64,000 nt of DNA. Origin: Lepidodermella squamata. Its lineage: Eukaryota; Animalia; Gastrotricha. The notes below the pieces were generated by a model. That model was not told the DNA's origin, did not search any database, and worked only from the letters and a program-made list of their open reading frames with translations. Each line of letters starts with the position of its first letter. Positions within the stretch are counted from its first letter, which is position 1. The DNA is taken from positions 992,001 to 1,056,000 of the forward strand of contig JBLDXI010000026.1 of NCBI GenBank assembly GCA_047495785.1, in the 5' to 3' direction. A program made the translations under genes and the position numbers. Shown here piece after piece: positions 48,320 through 60,820 of the stretch.

Positions 48320-49748
48320 TTTTTTTCTTGCTCAGAAATATTTTGATATCTTTGTTTTGAATAAAACTGAATGGAATTTGAAGTTCTACGTCTTTTGCGT
48401 GCATAACTTGAGAAATTTCCCCTTATAATATTTGCATGCCAGACGATGCGAGACGGCTTTTAGTTTTTTTTACAGAAAATTCCATATAAAATTGTGGCTG
48501 CAATTTAACTCGAACTAAAATCGATTTTGAGCAGCATTTAATATTTCTCATAAATGTGACCAGGTAAATGCGGCATTTTACTAGGTAGGTCGATTTTTTG
48601 CCGGTTTGTCTACTAAAGGACCTTGGAGCACTCCGCATATAGCGCGTCTTCTGCTCGACTGACGATGTTTTTTTCTGCTCTCGGTAATACAATACTTGTG
48701 AGACGCGAATAGTGCGTAAACACGGCATTATACATGCAGGTAAGTATTAAATGGCTGTATGTGGGTCAAAAATACTCGAAAATGCTCTGTATTTACCTCA
48801 CATGAAAAAACGGCCACACCAGTTTTTTTTCGGACAGATTCGTATTTCTATTAAAAAATTACTATAATTAATACGCATTTTTTTATTTTGAGGGCTGATA
48901 AATTCGCTTACATTCCGTATAGGATAGTACTTTAGGACCCTCGCAAGGTCACAGCCGGTGGGGGTTTCGATAAAATCCACCGGCCTGCGATAAGACTCCA
49001 CTCTGTGGGGTGGGAGTCGATCCTGAAACCATGATACCGCAAGTTTAGCTCGTGAATTTGCGCAATTCCTTTATCTTTAAGCCATTTTAAAAGTAGGCGA
49101 TGAAAGTGACAGGACACGAGAGGAGTATTAGATACCGCTCACCCGGAAACACAAAAAGTTAGTCTTTGTACAGACCTGGGGCAATTTTAGTTCTGTACAT
49201 TTTTACTCTCGAAATTTGTACATAAGTAATTTCATATAAATTTTAGGAAATTCTTACTCAACATAAAACGCAATGTTGAGTAACATTTCAATTAAGCTCT
49301 TACGATTGCTCTTATTTTTCTGCGACTGAGTGCCTTCTTTTTATACGGACTGATCTGCCCTCTAGTAGGTGTATTTTACTAAAAATGCCCGTTATCTTCT
49401 AGATTCATTAGGAGATCGCGATAATTTTAATTTTGTGGATAGAAAATGTCCTCTAATAAAAAATTTCGCACAAATATTATCGGTAATTTGAGTGCATTTT
49501 TGTGAAAGTATTGTTATGTCCATCCTGGGTCAAACTAGGGCAGACTTTGACCTTTGCCTCTTGGACGCGAGCCATAAATAAACGGCGCCATGACCTTCCG
49601 TTGCCCCACCTATTTTTCCACACCAAAATGACGCCCCACCCAAGACTAGACCGGACTTTGAACCCGCTGAATCTAGCGCTCAAATAGTAGTTACCTCTCT
49701 ATCTTACAATTTCAATCCATTCAATTCGAAAACATTTTATCTACGACA

Positions 49749-52146
49749 ATGCCTACCGATTTAGCTAAATTATCCTATCAACATATCGAAATGAGTAAAG
49801 ACAATCACGACGATATCAAGGAGTGCCACGTTCGTGGCGTCGATGTCCTTCGGGATCCTCGTCACAACAAGGTAAGGATTAATAGTAATTATTTACGATT
49901 TTTGTAATTAAAATAATTTTTCAGGGCATGGGTTTCACGATCGAGGAACGCCAGTCTTTGGTAAAAATTTATATAAATTAATTGCTATTTTTCATGCAAT
50001 TTTTTTCTATTGAATTAGGGTATCTTGGGCTTGTTGGCTCCTCGGGTTTTCTCCGAAGATGACCTGATGCGAAAATTCATGCACAACCTCCGTCATTGCT
50101 CTTCAGATCTCGAACGCTTCAACTACGCCATGGATTTGTACGATCGTAATAAGGTGAGCTGAAAAGTTAAATTGCGAAAAATCTAAATTTTCGGTGATTT
50201 TTCACAATTCAGAGGCTATTCTTCTACGTCGTCTGCAATAATATCAAGGAATTGATGCCTATTGTCTACACTCCCGTTATCGGCCAGGCCTGCCAACAAT
50301 ACTCACGTATTTACGAACACCCTAGGTAAGCGAAAATTGAAGGCCTCGAATGTTGGAAATAAGCTTTTTCTTAACAAATTCTGAATAAATTCGAACCAAA
50401 TTTTCTATAAATTCTTCGAATCATCTTTTATATTTCCGTTTTTTTTTCATAATTTTTACTTGTATCAGGGGTCTATACATTTCAATCAACGATATCGGCC
50501 ACGTTTACGACGTTCTTTGCAACTGGCCTGAGCGCGATGTTCAAGCTATTTGCGTTACAGACGGCGAGCGTATCCTCGGCCTGGGCGATCTCGGCGCCTG
50601 CGGCATGGGCATCCCAGTCGGAAAGTTGGCCCTGTACTCAGCCATCGGCGGCATCGACCCCAACAAGACCCTGCCTATCTGCCTCGACGTTGGCACTAAT
50701 AACCAGAAGTTTCTAGCCGACGAGTTCTACATCGGCCTGCGCCAACCCCGCGAACGAGGAGCTCGGTACCAGGAATTTCTGGACGAATTCATGGAAGCCT
50801 GCGTCAAACGCTGGGGCAATCAAGTCCTAATTCAATTCGAAGATTTTGGGCCTGTGAGTTTGAAATTAATTAAATTCATTTTTTGTTTAAATTATTCTTC
50901 TGATTAGGACAATGCGTTCCACCTGTTGGATCGCTACCGCGAGAAGTACCATACCTTCAATGACGACATTCAAGGTACTGCCGTAGTCGCCGCTGCCGGC
51001 ATCGTCGCCGCCATGCGCATTGTCAAGACCAAGAAATTGTCGGAAAATACTTTCGTTTTCTATGGCGCTGGCCAAGCTTCAACTGGCATTGCCTCACTAC
51101 TCGTTCAACAAATGGTTCGTTCAATTGAGCATTTTTTACCAACTTGGAAGTTTTAAATATTTTGAAATTTTGAAAAAATTGAAATCGGGCAAAATTAAAT
51201 TTTAAATTTAAAATGTAAAATTTTCAATAATTCAAAATTTAAATTCAAAATTTTAGATTTTGCATAATTTAAGGATTTTCTCAATTTTAATTTAATTGGA
51301 GTCAAATTTTTAATTGCTGCAATTACGGGATATTTTATTCAATTTTTGTATAATTTTTACAATTTTTCACAATTTCAAAAGATTCAGTCGGAAGGTATAA
51401 CCGCCGAACAAGCTGCCGCGAAAATCTACCTGGTCGACAGCAAAGGCTTGGTTGTGAAAAACCGCCCAGACAAGCGCGTGTACCGCGGCCCGCTCGCTCC
51501 CTTCGTCAAAGAGCACGCTCCCATCGAAAGCCTGCTCGAAATTGTCGAAGCCGTGAAACCCAGCGTTCTGGTTGGCGCCGCCGCGCAACCCGGCGCCTTC
51601 ACCGAGGCCGTGCTGCGTAAAATGGCTGAACTCAACGAGAAGCCAGTCATCCTCGCCCTCAGCAACCCAACCTCGCAGATGGAATGCACGGCTGAACAGG
51701 CGTACAAGTTCACGGATGGCCGAGCTGTTTTCGCTAGCGGCAGTCCGAGCCCTCAAATCACCCTGCCCAGTGGAAAGGTGCTGCACCCGGGCCAGGCTAA
51801 TAACGCTTACATTTTCCCGGCAATCGCTCTAGCCGCCGTCGGCGTTAAGGCGAAACACCTGCCCGATTCGGTTTTCGTCGAAACTTGCAAGGCCCTGGCT
51901 GAACAGGTTAGCGAGGCTGATTTGGAAGTTGGCTTGATTTACCCGCCACTGGAAAATATCCGCGAGGTCACGGTTCGCATGGCGGCTCATTTGGTTGAGT
52001 TCATGTTCCGCAGCAATCTAGCCACCCTGTACCCGGAGCCGAAAGACAAGGAGGCCTTCATTCGATCGTGTCAATACCGCATCAGTTTCGGCAACATGAC
52101 CCCTGTCAGCTATGCCTACCCGTACGCTAATGGCGTTCATCACTAG
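49749..52146 (+). CDS. ME1: NAD(P)-dependent malic enzyme (no obvious mitochondrial presequence), 7 exons
   Basis: [49 protein letters not shown] and [10 protein letters not shown] motifs. The symbol indicates family only. Confidence 0.95.
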
Positions 52147-52553
52147 ACACCCTTCAATTTTGTTGTTTTCAACTCATTATTATTATTGGCTTCTGCGAAA
52201 ATCGTGAAAATAATGACCTTGTGTAATGCCATTGTTTAATTTTTGTTTGATTTCTCGTCGATTTATATTGAAAATAATAATAAAAAATCCCCGCTAGAAA
52301 AACTTTAGTTTTCGTCTGGTTTTGAATATGGGAAGGACAAGAGCCAGTAATGGGCCAATGTCGGCCTAAGGAACAACATCAGTAATAAACTAATATTGCT
52401 AGGAAGCATCGGGATGTGCTGCGTTTAAATATATCGGCCCTAATTTGGCCAGAGCTGCTTTAAAAAGTGAACTAAATTGTAAAAAGCGGCTGGAAAACCT
52501 TTAAATACCAATGGAATTTCCCACTTTGTGCACAGCCTACCTTCAGTCCTTTA

Positions 52554-52734
52554 CAGGATGGCCAAAAAATTCCGCAGAAGGCGAATTCGATGCGCATCAA
52601 TTTAATGAGGATTTTTAAGAAGTTGAAGAATTTCAAGCATTCTTTTGCCAATGGAACTCCTCAATTTCTCGAAACTCCTCATAAAAAATGATGCGCATCG
52701 AATTCACCTTCTGCGGAATTTTTTGGTCACCCTG
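52554..52734. mobile_element. Palindromic Tc1/mariner-type MITE
   Basis: TA|CAGG(A/G)TG(G/A)CCAAAAAATTCCGCAGAAGG(C/T)GAATTCGATGCGCATC in inverted orientation at both ends. Confidence 0.85.
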
Positions 52735-52757
52735 TGTGTCATTTGCACCAGAATGTC

Positions 52758-53066
52758 TTTTAGCGGAACCAAATTAACGGTGAGCGGAACCAAATTTGCT
52801 TTTTTGCGGAACCTTAATAGTCGAAATATGCCATTTTTTGAATAATTCTAGGAATTTGAGGCGAATCATGCGTTCTGAATTGAACACTCTGTCTTATAGA
52901 GAATGTTACGCTGAATTTACTGGTGATTGGTTTTTAATTATTGTTGTCAATGTTGACCCTCAAGAAATATCCGAAAAATTATTTCAGGCGGCTAGAAAAT
53001 TCCAAAATTAGGTTCCGCTACAGCCAATTAGGTTCCGCTCAGCGTTAATTTGGTTCCGCTGAAAGG
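52758..53066. mobile_element. Inverted-repeat element with AGCGGAACC subrepeats
   Basis: AGCGGAACCAAATTAACG.TGAGCGGAACC on the left and its reverse complement at 53030-53062. Confidence 0.75.
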
Positions 53067-53399
53067 AGGACCCTTTTACACCAGTTGGCGCGTTTTTATG
53101 AGTAGAATCCGAAAGGTCGAAATTCGAAATGAAGAAAATCCCGATTTTCGAAAATCGCAGGTTTTATATTGAAATGTGCGATTATCAGTATCATTTGATC
53201 TTGGCATATTAGTTTTCTTATTTTTGACCTCAGTTGATAGCAATCGGAAATTAATTCTTTTTAGGCCGTGGGAAAACACTTCTTTGAGTCATGTGACCCA
53301 TTTCAGAGTCGTCAAATGGTATACCAACTTTTCCGAATTTTTTCTAGCTGAAAAATTCAGTATTTAAAATAAGCGCTCAATTTGTACCACTTCGTAAAG

Positions 53400-53716
53400 T
53401 GAACTTTGACCCTAGTTTAAATATTCACACTTGGATGTCCAAAATTAGTCACGTGAATTAGCAATTTTTCGATACACACACATACACACACAGGAAAACG
53501 AATAAATTATTGACCAAAATTGATGGTAGAATGTGCGGGTTTTGACGTGCATCATCTTTTGATGTAAAGTGCGTTTTAAAATTACATCACCTTAAGAAAT
53601 GAAGCCAAAAACACGCGCTTTTGACCGAAGTTGAAGACCACGTCATACAGTAGGTGTCAAAGTGTATACTAAAAGCGGACACTCTATAAATAGCCATTTT
53701 TCCGCTAAACTCAGAC
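53400..53716 (+). promoter_or_regulatory. Putative promoter of the nuclear receptor gene (DR1 element, E-box, TATA box)
   Basis: TGAACTTTGACCC (a DR1, GGGTCA-A-AGTTCA on the minus strand) at 53400-53412; TCACGTGA at ~53449; TATAAATA at 53685; TCAG Inr-like site ~26 bp downstream. Confidence 0.45.
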
Positions 53717-53803
53717 GCTTCAGAGACAAACAAACATCCGACATTGGCCTTTAAATTCATCGAATAATTTGTTCCGCGGAAGGTCGGAGGAAAACGGACC
53801 GCG

Positions 53804-56733
53804 ATGTCTGAGGTTTATCAAATTATTGCATCGCACTATTGTGCCGAAAAATGTGTCACCTGAGCGTTTTTATTATAGAAAGACACATCATCATCGCGCA
53901 CTTTGTATCATGTCTACCGGCGATGAAGGTGATGCGCATGTCTTCGAAAATCAATCGCGTGCATGTTTTGAACGGCTAGCAAGCGCATATGAACAGCACG
54001 GACTAGACTCGTGCGTAGAAAAAATCGATATGCCTCTCATTCTAGTTTACAGGCACACGAAAAAAAATTTCGTACGCTCATTCTAAACACATCAATATTT
54101 TTTCGCATATAAACTCTCTTGCCACTGCGGCGTTTTATTAGAGCTATATACACACTTGTAAATTATAAAGCATCAGTATAGGCTAAAATGCCTAAAACTT
54201 ACACACCTGAGCAAAAAGCGAGTCGTATAGTTTATTGCCGGGTAATTTATTCAAAAAAATTATTGAATAATTTTTTAAACACGATTTTTTTTTTAAATTA
54301 GATTTGCAATGCTCTTGTCGCGCGAAGAAAGCGCTATCATCCGAAAATTTGCGAGGCCTGTCAGGTAAAAATTAATATTTCTAAATGTTCGTCCTATTTT
54401 TTATTGTGGCCCAACAGCGCTTTTTCACGCGAAACTTTTCGCGCCGATCCGAGTTGCAATGTTCCAGCGGTAATTTTGACTGTCCAGTTGACGCGACCAG
54501 CCGGCGCCGGTGCCCGAAATGTCGCTTCGAAAAGTGCATCTCCGCCGGGATCCAATGTGAGAGAGAAATTTTTCTTTGAATTACTTGCTAGAAAGTTTTA
54601 TTTCTGCTTCCCTAATTTTCTAGGTTAAATTGTTTTATTTTTTTATTTGCAGCAAAAAAGGAGGTCATGATGCTCAAAGCGTCGATGAAAAACAGCAGCA
54701 TATCAAGCAGCTCCTCGCCCGAAATTATTCCTTTTATCAGCGACGCTTCAATGAAATCTTCAAGCTCAGATTCTGGATCAGATTCATCGGAAGCCTGCTC
54801 GCCTCGGTTACTAGTCGAGCCGATGCTTTACGACGGTGCAGCCATTGAAACGGCTATCAAACACTCACTTCAAGCTTTCACTATTCTTCACGACTTGGAA
54901 TTTGTGAGCTTGAACAATCAATGAATGACCTATAATAATTCAAATTGTCTATTATTTTATTAGCTTCCGCTGAAAACTTATCGCGCGAAAAATCACAACT
55001 TGCGGCTACATATTGATTTATCGATGAAAAATGTGGCTGAAGCTATGAGAATAACACTGGGCTATGCTGATTTCATGCGAGGTTTGTCATTTTTTTTTAA
55101 ATAAGTAATATTTACCAGTAACCGGTCCCACATGAACGATTGCATTTGAAACTTGAATTTCGGGTGATAAGCATTGGCTGGGATCCTGAGGTTTGCCGTC
55201 TGCCTAATTGGGTCGAATATTTCATTTTGAAATCAGAAGAAAAATCATTAATAATCTATGGTGGCCTGTTGAGGCTGAGCAAAGATTCTAAAGAAAGCCC
55301 AAGGTTCATACAGGATTTTCCCTATGGTCTCAGCCCTACTATCTACCTGTTATTCTAAATTCTAAAGTTATTCTAAAGCCATTGGAAACATTATAGTGGA
55401 ATTATACCCGATTTTTCATTTTTTTTAAGAAAAATTTAGGTATCATAGCATATATGCAAATGAGCTGTCCTGATTAGGGACGAGGTGCCAACATGTTCAG
55501 ATATCAGAGGTTTTTCAGATATCAAAGTGATCCATAGTTGTCCCCGGTTCGGGGCCGGGTCGGATCCGGGTTACGGTCTCGGACCCGATTATGACACAGT
55601 GTGGACATTGAGTAGCTAGAAACTAACCATTCCATCAATATCTATCCAGTAAATGACCAGTTTTAGTGGGAAACCCGAAGGAAAACCGATATCCGCGAGG
55701 TTTGGGCCAATAAGTGACCTAAAAATTTCCCAAAATTTCCTTCCCTAAACAGAATAGAACTAAGCGAAAACCTGAATGTGGTCGGATTGGGTCCGAAAAA
55801 ATTTGGTCCCGAGGTGGTCTCCAAAATTTAGCTGTCGATCCAGATTCTTCGGGCGAAATTTCAAAATTTGATTTAAGGCTTCGCTATTTTTTCCAAAATT
55901 AGAAGCTATTACGGTTTTTGCGATAAACCAGATTAGTCTCTTTCTCGAATTTCCTCATTCGTATCCTTTTGTGAAAGTTTCTCCACAGAAGGAGAGTGTT
56001 AACCAGTTTTCCCTGTTTATAAGCTTAATTTTCATTTCAGGATTGTTCGGGTTTTCGGAACAAGACAGCCACTGGCTGATGAAGCAGAACATCGACCGAA
56101 TGAGCATCGCTTTCTCAACTCTACCTGGAAGTTCGTGCAACGTTAACGAGTCAATATTACCATGGATGCTGGAAACAATGCCAGAATACAAAGTGAAATC
56201 CTTACTTTTTCCATTTCCATGTTTAATCGTCAAGTTAATTACTACAGCCAAGCATTGATGAAAGCGAAAAATTGAAGAGCGTCTTGGAAAGCTGGTCACC
56301 ATCGTTCATCGAATGCGCCCTATTTTTCAGCATCCTGTTTTTCGGAGGTTTAATTATTTTTCTTTAAATTATTAACGCACATTTTTTCATCTCAAATTTC
56401 AAAGATGAGAAATCGTGCCAAAGCGAACAGGTGAATCGAGCGCGGCGGCTGTTGAGAACGGCTTTCGATATTTATTGCTCATCGCGCCGAGCGGACAAGC
56501 CATTCGATGAAGTGAGGCGGAATTTATCGAAATCGCTACACCTAACGGCGAAAACAACACGAGCCTTGCATAAAGGCATTGAAATTTCAAACCCGCGAAT
56601 AAGTGCTATGTTTGCGTCGCAAGATCTGCAAACTGTCACTAACCTTTACCTGGATCCGAATACAGGAAAACATGGCCTCGATGATGAGTTCAACAGTGAC
56701 ATCGGTGAAGTTGATAATTTATTTCTCGGTTGA
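53804..56733 (+). CDS. Divergent nuclear hormone receptor (two C4 zinc fingers plus ligand-binding domain)
   Basis: Spliced DNA-binding domain (DBD) CR|ICNALVARRKRYHPKICEACQ|RFFTRNF...CSSGNFDCPVDATSRRRCPKCRFEKCISAG. Ligand-binding domain (LBD) signature-like YADFMRG|LFGFSEQDSHWLMK. All introns GT-AG and in phase; the start may instead be 54188. Confidence 0.85.
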
Positions 56734-59130
56734 ATTCGCACACTTCCCGAGTTTGGAATAATAAAAGAAAAATTAATTTTCGAAGATTCGCTCTCATTCT
56801 TGACAGCTCAGTTCAAGAAGCAAAGCAAAATTGTCAGTATTGAATCGAATAATCGGCGTGAAATTGATGGCGTGACTGATTATTTTTTTGTAATTTTTTG
56901 CTGATTTTGAGTAAAACTTTCCCTACAATTTCTTTTATTTGTCCGTTTTTTTGGTGAGTCACTGGAAGTTCAACACATTTGAGAGATGTTGAAATATAAC
57001 AATTTAATACTTTTTTTAACCTGATCGCATTTTGGCGAAGTTGGAAACACGAATGATTGAAAATAGGGCATGCATCTTGTTTTTTTACGTGAAATAAAAA
57101 TAGCCTTCGAATCATTTTGGGCGGTGTAAAAAAAACGCACACATTTCTGCATTCGTTTTTAGTCTGTTATTCCTGTTTGCGACGCATCTAATCGCCGAGG
57201 CCGATGTCCAATAAAAGGACTAACGCCCTTGCCTGCAAATTTGAAAGTAGCCGTAAAGCATGAGTTTTGCTCTTTTTGAAAATGGATTGAAATAGAAAAA
57301 TATAAAGTCGAAGAAGAGCCATATACAGGAGGGTGTCCAAGAACATAGAGGCAGGTTATATTTACCTGACTTAGCAGACTTGCGCGATCGTTGACCCTGT
57401 CGCTCTCAACTCGGACAGTGCTATGGGTGTTTTTTTGTTCTTCCCCGATTCTCTGGTCGCCCACTTCGTCTAGAAGCCTTAATTGCGCAAAAAGTCTGCT
57501 GTTGAACGCCACGCTCTATCGATTCCGCGGAAATTGAAGATGCCATACCGGGTGAAATTCGCCTGAGAGGGAAAATAGGTCATAGCCACCTAAAGGTGGG
57601 AATTTAAAATTGTAAAAAAATCTGATAATTGCGTGCCTAATTTTCTATTGCAGTGGTAAACAATTTCAAATTTCAAGCGCATAAGATTGATTTTTGGTGA
57701 ATTATAATACAGCTTGACTTAAATGGGGAAAACCAGTGCGGGAAGTATCGTACCCCCAGTTCACAAGGCCAAGGGGGAAAATCCCAAATAGACCACAGAG
57801 GGACGTAAAATTCGGGCCTGAAAATACCCCGTAATTCGAGGATCCTACTTCGCGCACTGGGGACAGCGCTGACTAAGCTATCGTTTTCGACCAGGTAGGC
57901 AACCAACTTGAGGGGGGGTATGTTGGAATCTAGCTTAAACTTTCCGTATCTTTTCCTAAGTTAGGCTAAAACTTGAGCCGAGATCTTTCTAAAAATCCAA
58001 TTACTCCGGGACACTTTTCTAGTGTTGTCCTATATAATTTCTAAAACCAATTGTTAAATCGTCCCCTTTTAATTTTCAATGTGTCATCTGCAAGAAGCAA
58101 GTGAGATTATAGAATATTATGGAACGATTGAGTTTTTCAGCAGCATTCTTCCGCGGTGTCAATATGAAAAAATAACTAGGTAGATGGTAGATAAAAAGTT
58201 GATAGGATTTCACGGCTATCCAGTTGGCTATTTATTATTATTATTGTTATTAAATGATTCAGGAATTATACACGTTTAGAATCTCGACGGCCTACCGGAG
58301 GCAAGGCTGGACGATCAGGACCGAGGACTATTTTCTTTGTAAATTAGCTAGCCTTGAATTTTGATGAAAAAATTTTCCGCCAACGATGAGATGACTGAAT
58401 TATAATGGCTTCTCGCAAACACCGCCGAGGAGCCATGTCAACGAGGCAACGAGGCATTAATTATAAGAACATGAATCTCCATGCTTGAATTTGAAATAAT
58501 TTTAAAATCATTTCATCAGTAGATGATATGCCCTGGAAAAAAGGGACAACCCATAGTTACGAAATAGTGAGACGAGGCGGCCGCGTTGCTGCACCATGCC
58601 AATTCAGTTCGTCATTTCTAGTTCTCGCGAGAAGTATTTTTCAACTATCATGCGAATTGGCAAAAGTTCTCTCTGAATTTGCCATTGAGCTGGGGAGAAT
58701 TCATGGCCACCTAGCTATTATTGTTCAGGTGAATTAAGCTTCTGTTGAATTTTGAATTTTTTGCATTATTCTTCTCAAAAAATGTAGTTGGGCATGAATG
58801 GCCTAAAATTCATGAAATCTGCAGCTGATCTGAAGCTAGTCTATTTTTGTACCTCGAAGACGTACATAGGTAATCAGTATAATCGTAATCGGTTAGATAT
58901 TAGTGAATACCGGTGCATCATGGCGAAATCCAGCGCTTCAGGAATTCGGTCAACTGGGCTGAAAACCCAATGAAAACCCACCTGATACCTTCCATTATGA
59001 TTACGAAATATTGTTTATGTCTCTAAAATTCTTACTTCAGCTCGAATGACCTGAGCGTAACAAAATAAACTGGGGCAATTTAATTTGATTTATAGATTGG
59101 CGTACGGGGCGGATTGGGGACAATAATATA

Positions 59131-59530
59131 CCGTACTGCCCGAAAAAAAAGCCAGCCTCGAATAAATGGCAGCCTCAAATAAATGTCAGAGGTTAGAGGT
59201 CGTTCAAAATAATAAGTGTCAGGCCCGAAATAAATGTCAGGTCAATGGCGGGGACTATACTGAGGATCACTAATGAGGTCATTATAGCTATTCTGAATGG
59301 AGGTAATTTCTACTCTTGGCACATAGAAAGGTCAGGGACCAATTTTTTGGGTCAAAATACGTAGAATCTCAGGAAAATGGATGCCATTTTGGTACCTAGG
59401 CAAGTTACTAGTTGGTTCGAATAAATAAATGTCAGGCCCGGAATAAATGTCAGACCCTTTTAAATGTCAGGGGTTCATCAGCGTTTGAAAAAAACAAATG
59501 TCATGGTTTTTGTTCCGGGCAGTAATACGG
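59131..59530. mobile_element. TA-flanked MITE with CCGTA termini
   Basis: TA|CCGTA(TTA)CTGCCCG..AAAAA inverted termini; internal ATAAATGTCAGG subrepeats. Confidence 0.8.
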
Positions 59531-60820
59531 TATAACAATTCAATGCCTGAAATAATAATTGTTCAGCGGTCCTGAGCGGGGAAAAATTAGTTCGCCAATT
59601 ATATTGAAATATTGTAATATTGAATAATAACTATTTTGCGATAAATTCAACGCAGAAAACGTTTATCATTGACCGATCGCAAACGAAATAGTCGGGACCG
59701 TCGAGAAATATTGCGAGTAATATTACAGCCGAAAATTTAGATTTTTTACTGATAATATTGGAATGAAAATATCATAACGCACTTTCAACTTTTCGAAATT
59801 TTGAATTCCGCGCCATCGAGCAATGGCTATAAGACGCGCCATCCGCCGGTTGGGCCGTAATACCCGTTTTTTTGTAAACCTCCTCGTACATGGTTTGAAA
59901 AATTCTGAGTTTAAACCAGGTTTAGCGGTTAAATCCTCTAAAACCTGCAACTTTTCTCTCATTTGTAAATAGGTTTTTTAATCGAACATAGGAATTTTCT
60001 TCTATTGCTCCATTTTATATACGCGAACAATGGCGAGTCCCAATACGCAACAATGGTTGCTTTGGAAATGAGAGGAAAACTTAAACCTTAAACCTTAATC
60101 CAACATAAGGAAGGTTCCAACATACGCCCCGAGGTCCCTAGCTATCGGAAAAGTTCAGCCTAATTTTAGATGTACAGAAAATACAGAAAAACTGGACATT
60201 CCCACTGCTTTATTCAAATGCATAAGAGCGTGGCCAGACCAGTTTTTACCGATAAATCGGGGCTCACCTTACACACCTTACTCAATTCATCGATTTTGAA
60301 TTTGGGCTGAAATTCGGTTTTGTCCAAAAATTCCCGCTTTTCAATAAAAATAATTTCCCCGCTGTTGCGTCTCGGTGCTCAACTACAAAAATCGGGTACT
60401 GTCTGGCTAAAGTTCAACGCTAAAAATAGCCTGCATGTTTTTTCTCGAACGCCATGTACCTATTGAAAAATCTTATCAATTTAGATGTTTCTTTTTCCCG
60501 CACCTGTTTACCTTTTCTTAGCACGGAATGTTTACGACACGCATGGCTTGCGTCATTATTTCAATATGAAACATAAAAATATGAGTTTAAAATCCAGCGG
60601 CCTGACCAGTCGAGTTCATATCCTGTCACAAGCGCGGCCACACTACGTCCGGATCAGTTTTAATCGAAACACAAAAGACGTAGAAAATGAACAAATGCGC
60701 AGTAAAATTCGAATCTTCAAATCAAATGCATTGAGACATCCGGATTGATCAAACTACGCCACAAAAATTCTTCGGCCTCAGCGAAAAACGTAAAATTTTA
60801 TTTCGAGTGCCAATTTTCAC

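Noticed and set aside
51367-51786. Antisense ORFs over malic enzyme (and similar ones over other genes)
   Set aside because: Shadow frames of GC-rich coding exons.
57905-60170. Short inverted similarity (GGGGTATGTTGGAA, TTAGGCT.AA.CTT) at ~57915 and ~60115
   Set aside because: Patches are too short to define an element; probably fragments of a common repeat.
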